A program made the position numbers and the translations under genes. 42,687 nt of DNA from Rhodothermales bacterium (GTDB taxonomy: Bacteria > Bacteroidota > Rhodothermia > Rhodothermales > VXPQ01), in the NCBI GenBank assembly GCA_040904565.1, contig JBBDTI010000033.1, positions 1 to 42,687 of the forward strand. The letters are read 5' to 3'. Positions 26,438 to 36,305 of the stretch are shown here, one piece after another; within the stretch, counting starts at the first letter, position 1; each line of letters opens with the position of its first letter. The notes beneath the pieces were generated by a model, which was not told the DNA's origin, did not search any database, and saw only the letters and a program-made list of their open reading frames with translations.

Positions 26438-27982
26438 ATGAGCCGTGCGATTCCCATCTGCCTCTGCGTGCTACTCCTGGCCGGATTGGGCCGGCCGCCG
26501 TCGGATGCGGCCGCTGACCCGGACGCCCAGGAGCGTCCAAACGTCCTGCTGATCTTCACGGACGACCATCGGGCCGACGCGCTCGGGGCCGCGGGGAATC
26601 CGTACATTCGGACGCCGGCGCTCGACAGTCTGGCCGGCACCGGATTCCGCATGCGGAACGCATACGTCATGGGCGGGCACCACGGCGCCGTCTGCGCGCC
26701 GAGTCGGGCCATGCTTATGACCGGACGCAGCCTGTTTCACGTCTACGACAACCTCGACTCGCTCCGGACCTTTCCGCAGCAGCTGCAGGCCGCCGGCTAC
26801 CGAACGTTCGGCACCGGCAAGTGGCACAACAGCCGCCCCTCCTTCGCGAAGTCCTTCGAGGAAGGCCGCCGCATCATGTTCGGGGGGATGTCGGACCACA
26901 CGGAGGTTCCACTCGTCGATATGCGACCGGATGGCACGTATACCGGCGTCGATTCCCTGGGCTTCTCTACCGCGCTTTTTGCCGACGCGGCGATCGACTT
27001 CATCGACGGCTACGCGGAAGCGGAGACGGAAGCGCCCTTTTTCGCTTACGTCGCTTTCACCGCGCCGCACGATCCGCGTACCCCACCGGAGGACTACCTT
27101 TCGGCGTATTCCGAGACGGGCGTTCCGCTGCCGCCCAACTACATGCCGGCGCATCCCTTCAACATCGGTCCGCAAACCATGACGGTGCGCGATGAGCATC
27201 TTGCGGCCTGGCCGCGCACGCCGGAGGTCATCCGGTCGCAGATCAGTGAGTACTACGGGCTCATCTCGCACATGGACGCGGAAATCGGCCGGATCCTGCA
27301 GGCGCTGCGGCGCCACGGCCTCGCCGAGAACACGGTCGTCGTCGTCGCGGGCGACAACGGCCTGGCGTTGGGATCGCACGGACTCCTCGGCAAGCAGAGC
27401 CTCTACGAGCACAGCACGCGCGTTCCGCTCATCGTGGCGGGTCCGGGCGTACCGCGCGGCGAAAGCGAGGCGCTCGTCTACCTCTACGACGTCGCGCCGA
27501 CGATCATCGAGCTTACCGGCGCCGACGGACTGGAGGGGATGGACGGGAGGAGCCTGGCCGACCTCTGGCGGGGCGACCGGGTTGAATGGCGCTCGGCGAT
27601 GTTCAACGCCTACGCGAACGACGTCCGCAGCGTGCGGGAAGGCCGGTGGAAGCTGATCTCGTACCCGCGCATCGGACACGCGCAGTTGTTCGACCTGGAG
27701 GGCGATCCGTACGAGCTGAACAATCTGGCGGATGATCCCGAGTATGCCGCCACGCGGTCGCGCATGGAGGAGATGCTCCAGAGCGAGCAGGTGCGGGCCG
27801 ACGACCCGCTGGCTCCGGGCGCGGTGCTGACCGGCGACGAGCCGGTGCAGCCGGGCGATCCGCTCGCGTTCGAGTTCGATTATTCTGACGTCCAGCGCGA
27901 AGTCGACCGGTGGCAGCCGGACTGGGTGATCGAGAAGTATTTCGTCCCCGATCCGGCGTTCGTCCAGGACCCTCCGCGGTGA
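26438..27982 (+). CDS. Formylglycine-dependent sulfatase (choline-sulfatase-like), exported
   Basis: RPNVLLIFTDD, CAPSR catalytic motif, GKWH, GDNG, GKQSLYE; start at MSRAIP. Confidence 0.92.
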   Translation: MSRAIPICLCVLLLAGLGRPPSDAAADPDAQERPNVLLIFTDDHRADALGAAGNPYIRTPALDSLAGTGFRMRNAYVMGGHHGAVCAPSRAMLMTGRSLFHVYDNLDSLRTFPQQLQAAGYRTFGTGKWHNSRPSFAKSFEEGRRIMFGGMSDHTEVPLVDMRPDGTYTGVDSLGFSTALFADAAIDFIDGYAEAETEAPFFAYVAFTAPHDPRTPPEDYLSAYSETGVPLPPNYMPAHPFNIGPQTMTVRDEHLAAWPRTPEVIRSQISEYYGLISHMDAEIGRILQALRRHGLAENTVVVVAGDNGLALGSHGLLGKQSLYEHSTRVPLIVAGPGVPRGESEALVYLYDVAPTIIELTGADGLEGMDGRSLADLWRGDRVEWRSAMFNAYANDVRSVREGRWKLISYPRIGHAQLFDLEGDPYELNNLADDPEYAATRSRMEEMLQSEQVRADDPLAPGAVLTGDEPVQPGDPLAFEFDYSDVQREVDRWQPDWVIEKYFVPDPAFVQDPPR

Positions 27983-28007
27983 GCTTCAGGGTCGGACCGA
28001 GCATCAG

Positions 28008-28109
28008 TTACCACGTATCTGCTACGGCATATCCACCTACGATCAGATAACGAACGTCACGATCGTTTAAAGACGCGGCAAACTCTCTGAAGTCTGGGGC
28101 GATCGTCAT
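28008..28109 (-). pseudogene. Truncated nucleotidyltransferase (DUF6036/MNT-like) N-terminal fragment
   Basis: MTIAPDFREFAASLNDRDVRYLIVGGYAVADTW* matches the family start (PDFxEF...VxYLxVGGYAV) but stops before the catalytic RxTxDxD motif. Confidence 0.7.
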
Positions 28110-28257
28110 CTGACGCGGCATCTGGTGACCAGTTATGATATTCCCGGCGCAGGGATTCGACCGTGCTGAGACGCTCATGAGGTGGTCGCGAACGCCAGTA
28201 GTCCGCATCGCTGGAGGTCTCATGCAAGTTGACCTTCCTGACGATTTTGCGAATCAT
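28057..28257 (-). CDS. Small partner protein of the nucleotidyltransferase pair (putative TA-like module)
   Basis: MIRKIVRKVNL...DADYWRSRPPHERLSTVESLRREY...PRLQRVCRVFKR resembles small genes that overlap such NTases; it overlaps the NTase start. Confidence 0.7.
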   Translation of the reverse strand: MIRKIVRKVNLHETSSDADYWRSRPPHERLSTVESLRREYHNWSPDAASDDDRPRLQRVCRVFKRS

Positions 28258-28258
28258 T

Positions 28259-29611
28259 TTAGGACCAAACCGTCTCTTCCAGAAAAGCATTTCGGAACTT
28301 GCCGTCCGGGTCGTACTGCCGGACCAGCTCGCGGTAGTCCGCCAGCCGTTCGTACCGAGATTGCAGCTGAGTCCGGGGCAGCGTGAACATCTTGCCCCAG
28401 TGCGGCCGCGGTTCGTACGGGGCGAGCGCTTCCTCGATGACCGGGAGGATCTGCTGCAGCGCCTCCCAATCCTGCTCGCACGTGAAGTGGACCGCGACGC
28501 TGTCCCGGCCGTAGGCCGTGCTCATCCACAGATCGTCCGCCGCGATCGTGCGCACCTCGGAGATCATCAGGATCGGGTCCAGACGGTCTCCCATCTCGTA
28601 GAGAAGCTGAAGCGCTTCGCTCGCGGCTTCGCGGGGGATGAAGTATTCGGCCTGGAGCTCCGTGCCGCTGCTGGGCGTGAACCACATCCGGAAGTGCGGC
28701 AGGCGTTCGTGCCAGGGGCCGGGGACGCCCATCTGCTCCGTACAGTTCTCCGCCGAGATCTCGATGATGGGATGGACGTTCCGCGTGGCCGGACGCGCGC
28801 CGAAAAAGTCGGCCTCGGCGGGCTCGTCGTCTCCTGCGGCCTCGTCGGCCCTCCGTTTGACCCACACCTGGTTGACAGTGTCGGACTGGTAGTCGGTGAA
28901 GAGGCTTACGCTGTAGCCGCTCGACATGATTTCGTCAAAGTGGTCGCCCAGCGCCGCGCGCGGAAGATCCAGATAGACGTGCTGTACGACGTCGAACGTG
29001 GGTTCGACGTCCAGCGTGATCCGCGTGATGACGCCGAGTCCGCCGAGATGCACGGCGGCTCCCGAGAACGCGTCGTCGTCCCGCGTCAGCGTATGCAGGT
29101 CGCCGCGGGCGTCGATGAACTCGATCGCCGAGACGGGCGTGGCAAGGTTGCCGTTGGCGACGCCCGACCCGTGCGTCGCGGTGGCGATCGCTCCGGCGAC
29201 GGATATGTGGGGCAGCGAAGCCAGGTTGTGTACGGCGTACCCTCGCTCGTGCAGATAGGTGCTCAGGTCGCCGTACAGAATGCCGGACTCGACGGTCACC
29301 TGGTTCGAGGCTTCGTCGAGCTCGACCACGCCGTTCATGCGCCCGAGCGAGATCTGGCTGACCGGACTGTCCGCGATCGTGTTGAAGCAGTGGCGAGAGC
29401 CGAGTGGACGAACGGTCGAGCTGTTTCGGACGATCTCCCGGGCCTCCTCGACGCTCCCGGGAAGATGAAGCGTCTCGGCGCTGTAGGTCAGGTTGCCGGC
29501 CCAGTTGGTACGCGGTGCCGCCATCTCCTCGGATCGGCAGGCGGCGAGGGGCGAAAGGAGTCCTCCCGCGACGACGGCGGCCGAGGTTTTCAGAAAGGTT
29601 CGTTTGTCCAT
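28259..29611 (-). CDS. FAD-linked alditol/xylitol oxidase (AldO/XyoA-like, ALO C-terminal domain) with Tat-lipoprotein-like signal
   Basis: NWAGN, GSRHCFN (His for covalent FAD), NLASLPHISVAGAIATATHGSG, PWHERLPHF, PRPHWGK. Confidence 0.9.
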   Translation of the reverse strand: MDKRTFLKTSAAVVAGGLLSPLAACRSEEMAAPRTNWAGNLTYSAETLHLPGSVEEAREIVRNSSTVRPLGSRHCFNTIADSPVSQISLGRMNGVVELDEASNQVTVESGILYGDLSTYLHERGYAVHNLASLPHISVAGAIATATHGSGVANGNLATPVSAIEFIDARGDLHTLTRDDDAFSGAAVHLGGLGVITRITLDVEPTFDVVQHVYLDLPRAALGDHFDEIMSSGYSVSLFTDYQSDTVNQVWVKRRADEAAGDDEPAEADFFGARPATRNVHPIIEISAENCTEQMGVPGPWHERLPHFRMWFTPSSGTELQAEYFIPREAASEALQLLYEMGDRLDPILMISEVRTIAADDLWMSTAYGRDSVAVHFTCEQDWEALQQILPVIEEALAPYEPRPHWGKMFTLPRTQLQSRYERLADYRELVRQYDPDGKFRNAFLEETVWS

Positions 29612-29781
29612 ATCGTTTTATGCCGCGACGAGACGAGAATCGGGAGTGGCTACTACGATAAGAGATTTTTGGATGGCATGCCGATCGTCGCGTCGCGCCC
29701 ATCGCGGATTATCGCGGACCGGCGAGACATGCGGCGTTGCGTCAGGCTTTACATGACGTCCTGGGCCGAATCAGACCGAAA

Positions 29782-30867
29782 TCAGTGTGGGCCGTGCCGG
29801 GGGGGTGGGGCCTGAAAATCGTATTCTCCCGTCTCGATCATCTTCAGGATCTGGCCGATGCTCGGACGATCCCCCCAGTACGTCCCGACGTGGGCGAGTC
29901 GCACGATGCCTTCCGGGTCGATGATGACGGTGGTAGGGCGATTCACGTATTCGGAGTGGACGGCGAACTGCAGCGGGCTGATGCCGTAGCGCGCACCCAC
30001 GACCGCCCCGCGGTCGATGAGGTGCGGCCACCAGATGCCGTCGGCATACGGGTCGTGGGGATGGTCGCCCGGCAGGTTGTCGGCAAACCAGTAAGGAGGA
30101 TGGAACTCCCTGCCCACCATCACACGCCCCCGGTAGCGATCGTGGCATTCCAGTGTAGCCACCGCCACGTCCAGTTCCCGAAAACGGGCTTCGTGCCGAA
30201 TTAGTCCGTGAAATTCCTTGTGGCAGACCGGACACCAGTCGGCGAAGATCCAGATCAAAACGACCGTTTTATCTTCCCGAAGGTCGGACAGCGACCACGT
30301 GGTTCCCTCCGTGTCTTCGAGCGAAAAGTCAGGAGCCGGTTCGCCGACCTGAACCCGGTCAAACGACGAGGTCTCCAGGCCGGCAAAGTGCTCGGCGCTC
30401 TCCGGCTCGACGACCTCATTCTTGCGGACGCGGTCCAGCGCCACCGTACACTGATGGCGTACGTCGGTATGATCGGCTCCTTCCACGTGTTGGACCAGTA
30501 CGTCCGCGCCGGCGCCGATCTGTCCGAGCGCAATCGCTGCCTGAGATCGAACGACGGGATCGGAATCCTGCCGGAGAAGGTGGCTCAGCGGCCCCACAGC
30601 CCCCTCGGCCCGGAGAAGACCCAGCGCCATCGCCGCGACGTGGCGGACGTGCTCACTGCCATGATCCAGTAATTCTATAACAGGTCTGGATTGTTTTCGC
30701 CCCACCCTGATAAGATCGCGTACGGCGAGGGTGCGCACGCGTCCGTCGGGGCTTTGCAGGTCGGCGACGCCGTCATTGCCCGTCTCGGGGTCCACGGTGA
30801 ATCCGTTGTGGACGGGGGCGAACGCATGCCGCGCCACCTCTTCGGCGGTACGTGATGATGAGGCCAT
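29782..30867 (-). CDS. HEAT-repeat plus AhpC/TSA redoxin fusion protein
   Basis: HEAT/PBS repeats (HVRHVAAMALG, VVRSQAAIALGQIG), then VGEPAPDFSLED, WIFADWCPVC, PTTVIIDPEGIVR. Confidence 0.85.
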   Translation of the reverse strand: MASSSRTAEEVARHAFAPVHNGFTVDPETGNDGVADLQSPDGRVRTLAVRDLIRVGRKQSRPVIELLDHGSEHVRHVAAMALGLLRAEGAVGPLSHLLRQDSDPVVRSQAAIALGQIGAGADVLVQHVEGADHTDVRHQCTVALDRVRKNEVVEPESAEHFAGLETSSFDRVQVGEPAPDFSLEDTEGTTWSLSDLREDKTVVLIWIFADWCPVCHKEFHGLIRHEARFRELDVAVATLECHDRYRGRVMVGREFHPPYWFADNLPGDHPHDPYADGIWWPHLIDRGAVVGARYGISPLQFAVHSEYVNRPTTVIIDPEGIVRLAHVGTYWGDRPSIGQILKMIETGEYDFQAPPPRHGPH

Positions 30868-31070
30868 GCTCAGGTTGGCAGGTAATTTCTGACGACAACA
30901 GGCACTACATATTACAAGCTGACGAGGACGGCGTTTAGATCCTTTTCAACGCCGTTCGTATCGACTTTGACGGCCAGGCAAGCCGGTGCCTGCTGCGACA
31001 CATACGGCGACAAGACATCCGTCTTAAAACATGAAGGCGGTGTTAATTGGTAGAATGTGTCGGGTATCTT

Positions 31071-31118
31071 ATTTAGATCGTGTCTAAATTCGAGTTTGAA
31101 TTTAGACATGGTCTTAAT
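31071..31118. promoter_or_regulatory. Two tandem Bacteroidota-type Fur-box-like palindromes
   Basis: ATTTAGA-tcgtg-TCTAAAT (31071-31089, perfect arms) and ATTTAGA-catgg-TCTTAAT (31100-31118), ending 20 bp before the receptor ATG. Confidence 0.8.
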
Positions 31119-31137
31119 AAACGTGAACACAAGCGCT

Positions 31138-33591
31138 ATGACGTCCTTCGTACGAGTTGGTCTACTTGCCGCGCTGTTTACGCTGTTTCTACCGTCATTC
31201 GCCTACGCACAGGCAAACGGTCGCATTGCCGGTACGGTGCTGTCCGCCGATACGGGCGAAACGATCCCCGGCGCCAACGTCGAGCTCGTAGGCACGACCT
31301 TCGGTGCAGCGGCCGACGAGCTTGGCCGCTTTGAAATAGCGGGACTTCCCGCCGCGCCGCATGTGCTGCGAGTATCGACCATCGGGTACGAGACGAGTGA
31401 ATTCAAGGTCAACGTGGGGGCCAACGAAACCGCTACCGTGCGCATTCCTCTGGAGCCCGCGGTACTCGAAATCCCCGAGCTGATTGTGGAGCGCGAAAGC
31501 ATGCTGGCCCATCCGCTCGGAATGGAAGGCATCCCAGGATCAGCCCACCGAGTGACGGCCCGCTCGCTTGAAAAATTCGAGGCTAACGATGTCAACCGTG
31601 CCCTGCGTGGCGTGCCAGGAATGAACCTGCAGGAAGAAGATGGCTACGGACTTCGTCCCAATATCGGTATTCGCGGAAGTGGGGCGGAGCGTAGTTCGAA
31701 GATCAGCATCATGGAAGACGGCATTCTGGTAGCGCCGGCGCCGTATGCCGCATCGGCCGCCTACTATTTTCCGACGATCGGACGCATGGAAGAAATTGAA
31801 ATAAGGAAAGGCTCAAGTCAAATCAAATATGGTCCATATACGACGGGCGGGGCCATCAACCTGCTCTCCAAGTCCATTCCCGAGAAGTTTAAGGGTGAGG
31901 CCCGCGTGCAGGCCGGTGAAGAAGAAAGCCTCACGCTTGAGGGGTTCGTAGGCAATTCGTGGAAGTACGGCGGCTTCCTCGTGCAGGGCTTCAATGCCCA
32001 AACGAACGGCTACAAAGAGCTCGACTCCGGCGGTGAAACAGGCTTCGACAAGACCGACATTATGTTTAAGGGCCGCGTCAACACGGAAAAGAACGCCGCC
32101 GTGTACCAGGCCTTGTCCGTCAAGGCACTCTTCACGGACGAGGTATCTGATGAAACGTATTTGGGGCTGACCGATGCGGACTTCCGGTCCAATCCGATCC
32201 GCCGCTACGCCGGATCGGCGCAGGATCAGATGAACACGGAGTACCGGCAGGTCATGATGCGACACCTGATTGTGCCGAACGAAAAGCTAAAAATCACGAC
32301 GACCGCTTACCGCTCCACGTTCGCCAGGAACTGGTATAAGCTTGATAAGGTGGGCGGCATCTCCATTGCCAACCTGCTCGAGAATCCGACCGCTCATGCG
32401 CAGGAATTCAGTGTCATGCAGGGCACTTCAACAAACCCGGACACGGAGTTGGGTGTGAAGGCCAACAACCGTGAGTATCTGTCCCGTGGTATCCAGGCGA
32501 CCGCGCAGTTCAGTACGGAGACTACTGCCGGTCAGTTCGATGTCGAGCTCGGCGCGCGCATCCATGAGGACGAAATGGACCGTTTCCAGTGGGTCGACGG
32601 CTTCCAGATGACAGACTCCGGCATGAATCTGGTGAATCCGGGCACGCCGGGAACCGAATCCAACCGAATTGAGACGGGAACGTCCAACGCATTCTTCGTG
32701 CAGCCGCGCCTCATCACAGGCCGCGTGACCATTCAGCCCGGGCTCCGCTATGAGGACATCACCATACGGCGTGAGGACTACGGCAAGGCTGATCCGGGGC
32801 GTACGGGCGCAAATCTCACCGAGCGCGAGAACAACGTCGATGTTTGGATTCCGGGTCTGGGCGTATCGGCTGAAATCTGGCCCGACGCCACCCTCTTCGG
32901 CGGCGTGCACCGCGGATTTGCACCTCCCGGATCGAAGGAGGGTACGAATCCCGAGAAGAGCGTGAACTACGAAATTGGAGTACGCTACCAGGAGGGTGCC
33001 CGCCGCGCGGAAGTGGCCTTCTTCTACAATGATTTCGCGAACCTGTTGGGTACTGACCTGGCGGCCGGTGGCGGCAGCGGAAGCGGTGACCTCTTCAACG
33101 GCGGCGAGGCCACGGTGCGCGGCCTTGAGATCACGGCACGCGAAAATCTGGGGCGCTTAATGGACTGGCGCCTTTCTATTCCGGTGGGCGTCTCCTATAC
33201 CTTCACCGATGCCACCTTCGAGTCTTCCTTCGCGAGCGATTTCGCCAACTGGGGCGAGGTAGAGGTAGGCGATGAGTTGCCTTACGTACCGCGCAATCAG
33301 TTCACGGTTGATGTGGGCTTGAATGCCGGTCACTTCGACCTGGCACTGCAGGGTTCTTGGGTGGATGACATGCGGACGATTGCCGGACAGGGCGACCTGG
33401 TGCCGGAAGAGTCGGTAGGCTCGTTTTTTGTTGCCGAGGCATCGGTTGGATACGAGGTCTATCGAAACGTGCGTATATTTAGCATCGTGAAAAATTTGTT
33501 CAATAAAGAATATGCCGTGGCCCGCCGGCCCGCCGGACTCCGTCCGGGACTTCCCCGCACCCTACTTGCCGGTGTCCGGTTTGCTTTCTGA
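31138..33591 (+). CDS. FecA-like TonB-dependent iron receptor with N-terminal CarboxypepD_reg-like domain
   Basis: Start MTSFVR; GETIPGANV; plug QEEDGYGLRPNIGIRG, IRKGSSQIKYGPYTTGGAINL; ends GLPRTLLAGVRFAF. Confidence 0.92.
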   Translation: MTSFVRVGLLAALFTLFLPSFAYAQANGRIAGTVLSADTGETIPGANVELVGTTFGAAADELGRFEIAGLPAAPHVLRVSTIGYETSEFKVNVGANETATVRIPLEPAVLEIPELIVERESMLAHPLGMEGIPGSAHRVTARSLEKFEANDVNRALRGVPGMNLQEEDGYGLRPNIGIRGSGAERSSKISIMEDGILVAPAPYAASAAYYFPTIGRMEEIEIRKGSSQIKYGPYTTGGAINLLSKSIPEKFKGEARVQAGEEESLTLEGFVGNSWKYGGFLVQGFNAQTNGYKELDSGGETGFDKTDIMFKGRVNTEKNAAVYQALSVKALFTDEVSDETYLGLTDADFRSNPIRRYAGSAQDQMNTEYRQVMMRHLIVPNEKLKITTTAYRSTFARNWYKLDKVGGISIANLLENPTAHAQEFSVMQGTSTNPDTELGVKANNREYLSRGIQATAQFSTETTAGQFDVELGARIHEDEMDRFQWVDGFQMTDSGMNLVNPGTPGTESNRIETGTSNAFFVQPRLITGRVTIQPGLRYEDITIRREDYGKADPGRTGANLTERENNVDVWIPGLGVSAEIWPDATLFGGVHRGFAPPGSKEGTNPEKSVNYEIGVRYQEGARRAEVAFFYNDFANLLGTDLAAGGGSGSGDLFNGGEATVRGLEITARENLGRLMDWRLSIPVGVSYTFTDATFESSFASDFANWGEVEVGDELPYVPRNQFTVDVGLNAGHFDLALQGSWVDDMRTIAGQGDLVPEESVGSFFVAEASVGYEVYRNVRIFSIVKNLFNKEYAVARRPAGLRPGLPRTLLAGVRFAF

Positions 33592-33706
33592 ACGGCTACG
33601 ATCTGTATCGACAACAGCGCGGCGCCCCCGATGATATGGTCCGCGCATTGACGCCCCTGACCGTCGTTGCGAAACGGGGCTGTCAGCAGCCGAGTTGATC
33701 CGCTGC

Positions 33707-35455
33707 TCACGACTCCTTGTCCAGATACGCGCGAAGCTCCTTTTTCACGTTCGCCCACTGCTTCTGGTCGCCGCGCAGCGCGCCGATCATTTCTTTCACC
33801 TTCGACACGCCGAAATTCCGCGCCTGATGAAGTGTAATGTCCGGCGGCAGCGACAGTTCGCCGCTCGTAACGTGTGCGTTAAGTACAAAAGGTACGGTCG
33901 ACGATCGGGCCTTTTCGACGGCGTCGAGGATGTCGCCCGGCTCGACCAGGTTTACGCCGTCCCCACCGCAGAGCTCGGCGTAGCGCGCGAAATCGAAGTT
34001 CTCGAGCTCGAGCGCGTCGAAATTCGGTGCCAGGCCCGCCTCTTCCATTTCAATCTTCACGAAGCCGAGCTCCGAGTTGTTGAGCACCACGATCTTGATG
34101 GGTAGATCGTACTCCACGGCCGTCGAAAATTCGTGAAGCGACATATTGAAGGCGCCATCGCCCACGAGCGCCCATACCTCCCGGTCGGGATAGAGCAGCT
34201 GCGCGCCGATGGCCCCGGGAAGGCCCACCGCCATCGACCCGTGGTTAAACGAGCCGATCATGCGGCGATCCGAATGTAAGTTCATGAAATTGGTGGACCA
34301 GATGGCTGACGTCCCCGTGTCTATCACGAAGATGGCGTCGTCGGCCGCCACGTCACTTATGGCGCGTGATACCACCTGCGGGTGCATCACCTGGAAGTCC
34401 TTTGACGTGCTCGACGTGCGGCAATTATTGTCCTTCCAGGCCACGAATTCTTCGTTCAGCTTCTTCACGAATCGGGCATCCCGCTTCGCCAGACACTGTT
34501 CGACCACGTACCGCACCACGTACCCCACGTCGGCATGTATGCCCAGCGTCACGTTCGTACGGTTGCCGATGTTCTCCGGGCGGATGTCCACCTGGATCGT
34601 CTTCGTCGATTCCGGCAAATAGTTTACGTACGGAAAGTCCGTTCCCAGCATGAGAAGCAGATCACACTCCATCACTGCCTTGTAGCCCGACGGATTGCCG
34701 ATGAGTCCGGTCAGACCTACCACATTCTCGCTGCCGTGGTCGAAGATGTCAGCCGCCCGCACCGTATGTGTGATGGGTGCATTCAGCTTCCGAGCAAACG
34801 CCAGCACCTCTTCTCGGGCTTCGCGGCATCCGGCGCCGGCGAGGATGCCCACCGTGTCGGCCTCGTCTATAAGCCGCACCGCGTCATCGAGCTGCGCCTT
34901 GGGCGGCGTCACGACGGCCTTTGACCGAAATACCTGGTGCACGTACGGCACGTTCTTAGCCGGCATTTCGGCAATGCCGACCGGCAGCTCGATCCGGCAC
35001 ACACACTTGTGGTTGATGGCAATCCGGAGGGCACGGAGAATAACCCGCGGCGCTTCCTCCGCGCTGCGGATTACGGCCTGATACGTACACACGTCGTCGA
35101 ATACCTTCGCAAGATCTACTTCCTGGTGGTAATTCGTTCCGATATGCTCGATGGGTACCTGTCCCGTAATGGCCAGCACAGGCGACCGTTCCTTTTTGGC
35201 GTTGTAAAGCCCGTTCACGAGATGGAGCGCTCCCGGGCCCACCGTACTGGCACACACGCCAACATTCCCGCTCAACTCGCCCTGGGCAAATGCGGCAAAA
35301 CTGGCGTTCCCCTCATGCTTCATCTTGACCCATTTGATGGCATCCTGCTTCCCTATAGCCGTCACGAGCGGATTCAACGCATCGCCCGCGACGCCCAAAA
35401 TCTGTGTCACGCCCTCACTTTTGAGAATTTCGAGGAGTTGTTCAGATACGTTCAT
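33707..35455 (-). CDS. Thiamine-pyrophosphate-dependent pyruvate oxidase/dehydrogenase (PoxB-like)
   Basis: Start MNVSEQL; GVAGDALN, KHEGNASFAA, GPGALHLVNGLYNA, SFNHGSMA, TPP motif GDGA...NN. Confidence 0.9.
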   Translation of the reverse strand: MNVSEQLLEILKSEGVTQILGVAGDALNPLVTAIGKQDAIKWVKMKHEGNASFAAFAQGELSGNVGVCASTVGPGALHLVNGLYNAKKERSPVLAITGQVPIEHIGTNYHQEVDLAKVFDDVCTYQAVIRSAEEAPRVILRALRIAINHKCVCRIELPVGIAEMPAKNVPYVHQVFRSKAVVTPPKAQLDDAVRLIDEADTVGILAGAGCREAREEVLAFARKLNAPITHTVRAADIFDHGSENVVGLTGLIGNPSGYKAVMECDLLLMLGTDFPYVNYLPESTKTIQVDIRPENIGNRTNVTLGIHADVGYVVRYVVEQCLAKRDARFVKKLNEEFVAWKDNNCRTSSTSKDFQVMHPQVVSRAISDVAADDAIFVIDTGTSAIWSTNFMNLHSDRRMIGSFNHGSMAVGLPGAIGAQLLYPDREVWALVGDGAFNMSLHEFSTAVEYDLPIKIVVLNNSELGFVKIEMEEAGLAPNFDALELENFDFARYAELCGGDGVNLVEPGDILDAVEKARSSTVPFVLNAHVTSGELSLPPDITLHQARNFGVSKVKEMIGALRGDQKQWANVKKELRAYLDKES

Positions 35456-35546
35456 CAGAGGGTTGCACTGATTTTTTTCATGGTGGACGAGGTTCTTTTC
35501 CCGTTGAACGACGTCTTCTCGTTTCACCACGGACGGTTTCGTTACG

Positions 35547-36251
35547 CTAGAGCTCTCTCACCCGCACGTTCCTCCACGACACCTCCCACGGTCCCGCGTC
35601 GCCGATACCGTGGACCTGGAGGCAGATGAGTCCTTCCTGGTGATCGGCGTAGATCTCCTCGTTGGTGAGGTCGGCGATGGACTCGCCGTTGATCCAGGTC
35701 TGGATCCGGGGCCCCTGGGCGACGATCCGGTACCGGTTCCACTCGCCGTCCCGGAAGCTCGTGTGCGGCTGCAGCTCTTCCTCCGGCGTCAGCCAGCCCG
35801 TATCGAGGGCCTCGCCGTAGATGTAGCCGGATTCAGTTCCTTCGGCGCCGCCGGCCTCGATCTCGACCTGTGGACCGTAGACGCGGTCATCTTCCTGACG
35901 GACGTGCGAACGGATCTGTACGCCGGAGTTGAGCGAGTCGTGGACCATCGTCTCGAATTCGAGCTCGAAATCTCCGAACGTCTCGTTCGTGCAGAGAAAG
36001 GCGTTCTCCGAGTTCGGGGCGGTCGTGCCGACGACGGTGCCGTTTTCGATGCGGTAGGTGGCCGCGCCGCCGTGCTTCGGAAATGCGTCGGCGCTTTCGC
36101 CTTCGAAGAGGGTCGTCCACTCGCCGGTTCCGGCGGCGGCTTCCATATCTGCCATGGCTGCACTGTCTGTGGCATCCGACGCCGTGTCGGTGTCCGCGCA
36201 TCCGGCGAGGACGAAGAGGAGGGCGAGTGCGGGGATCAGAAGATTTCTCAT
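35547..36251 (-). CDS. DUF1080 (3-keto-disaccharide hydrolase) lipoprotein
   Basis: Lipobox LAGC; FGDFELEFE, NSGVQIRS, GEWNRYRI, GLICLQVH, VSWRNVRVREL. Confidence 0.9.
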   Translation of the reverse strand: MRNLLIPALALLFVLAGCADTDTASDATDSAAMADMEAAAGTGEWTTLFEGESADAFPKHGGAATYRIENGTVVGTTAPNSENAFLCTNETFGDFELEFETMVHDSLNSGVQIRSHVRQEDDRVYGPQVEIEAGGAEGTESGYIYGEALDTGWLTPEEELQPHTSFRDGEWNRYRIVAQGPRIQTWINGESIADLTNEEIYADHQEGLICLQVHGIGDAGPWEVSWRNVRVREL

Positions 36252-36305
36252 CGGGATGGTTTCGGTTATGAATCGATGTTAGCGAAGGATGATTTCGGAG
36301 CGCCG

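Noticed and set aside
28229-29815. 528-aa plus-strand ORF
   Set aside because: Antisense shadow of the alditol oxidase gene with no motifs; expected in high-GC DNA.
30912-31130. 72-aa minus-strand ORF upstream of the TonB receptor
   Set aside because: Overlaps the Fur-box promoter region and has no recognisable features.
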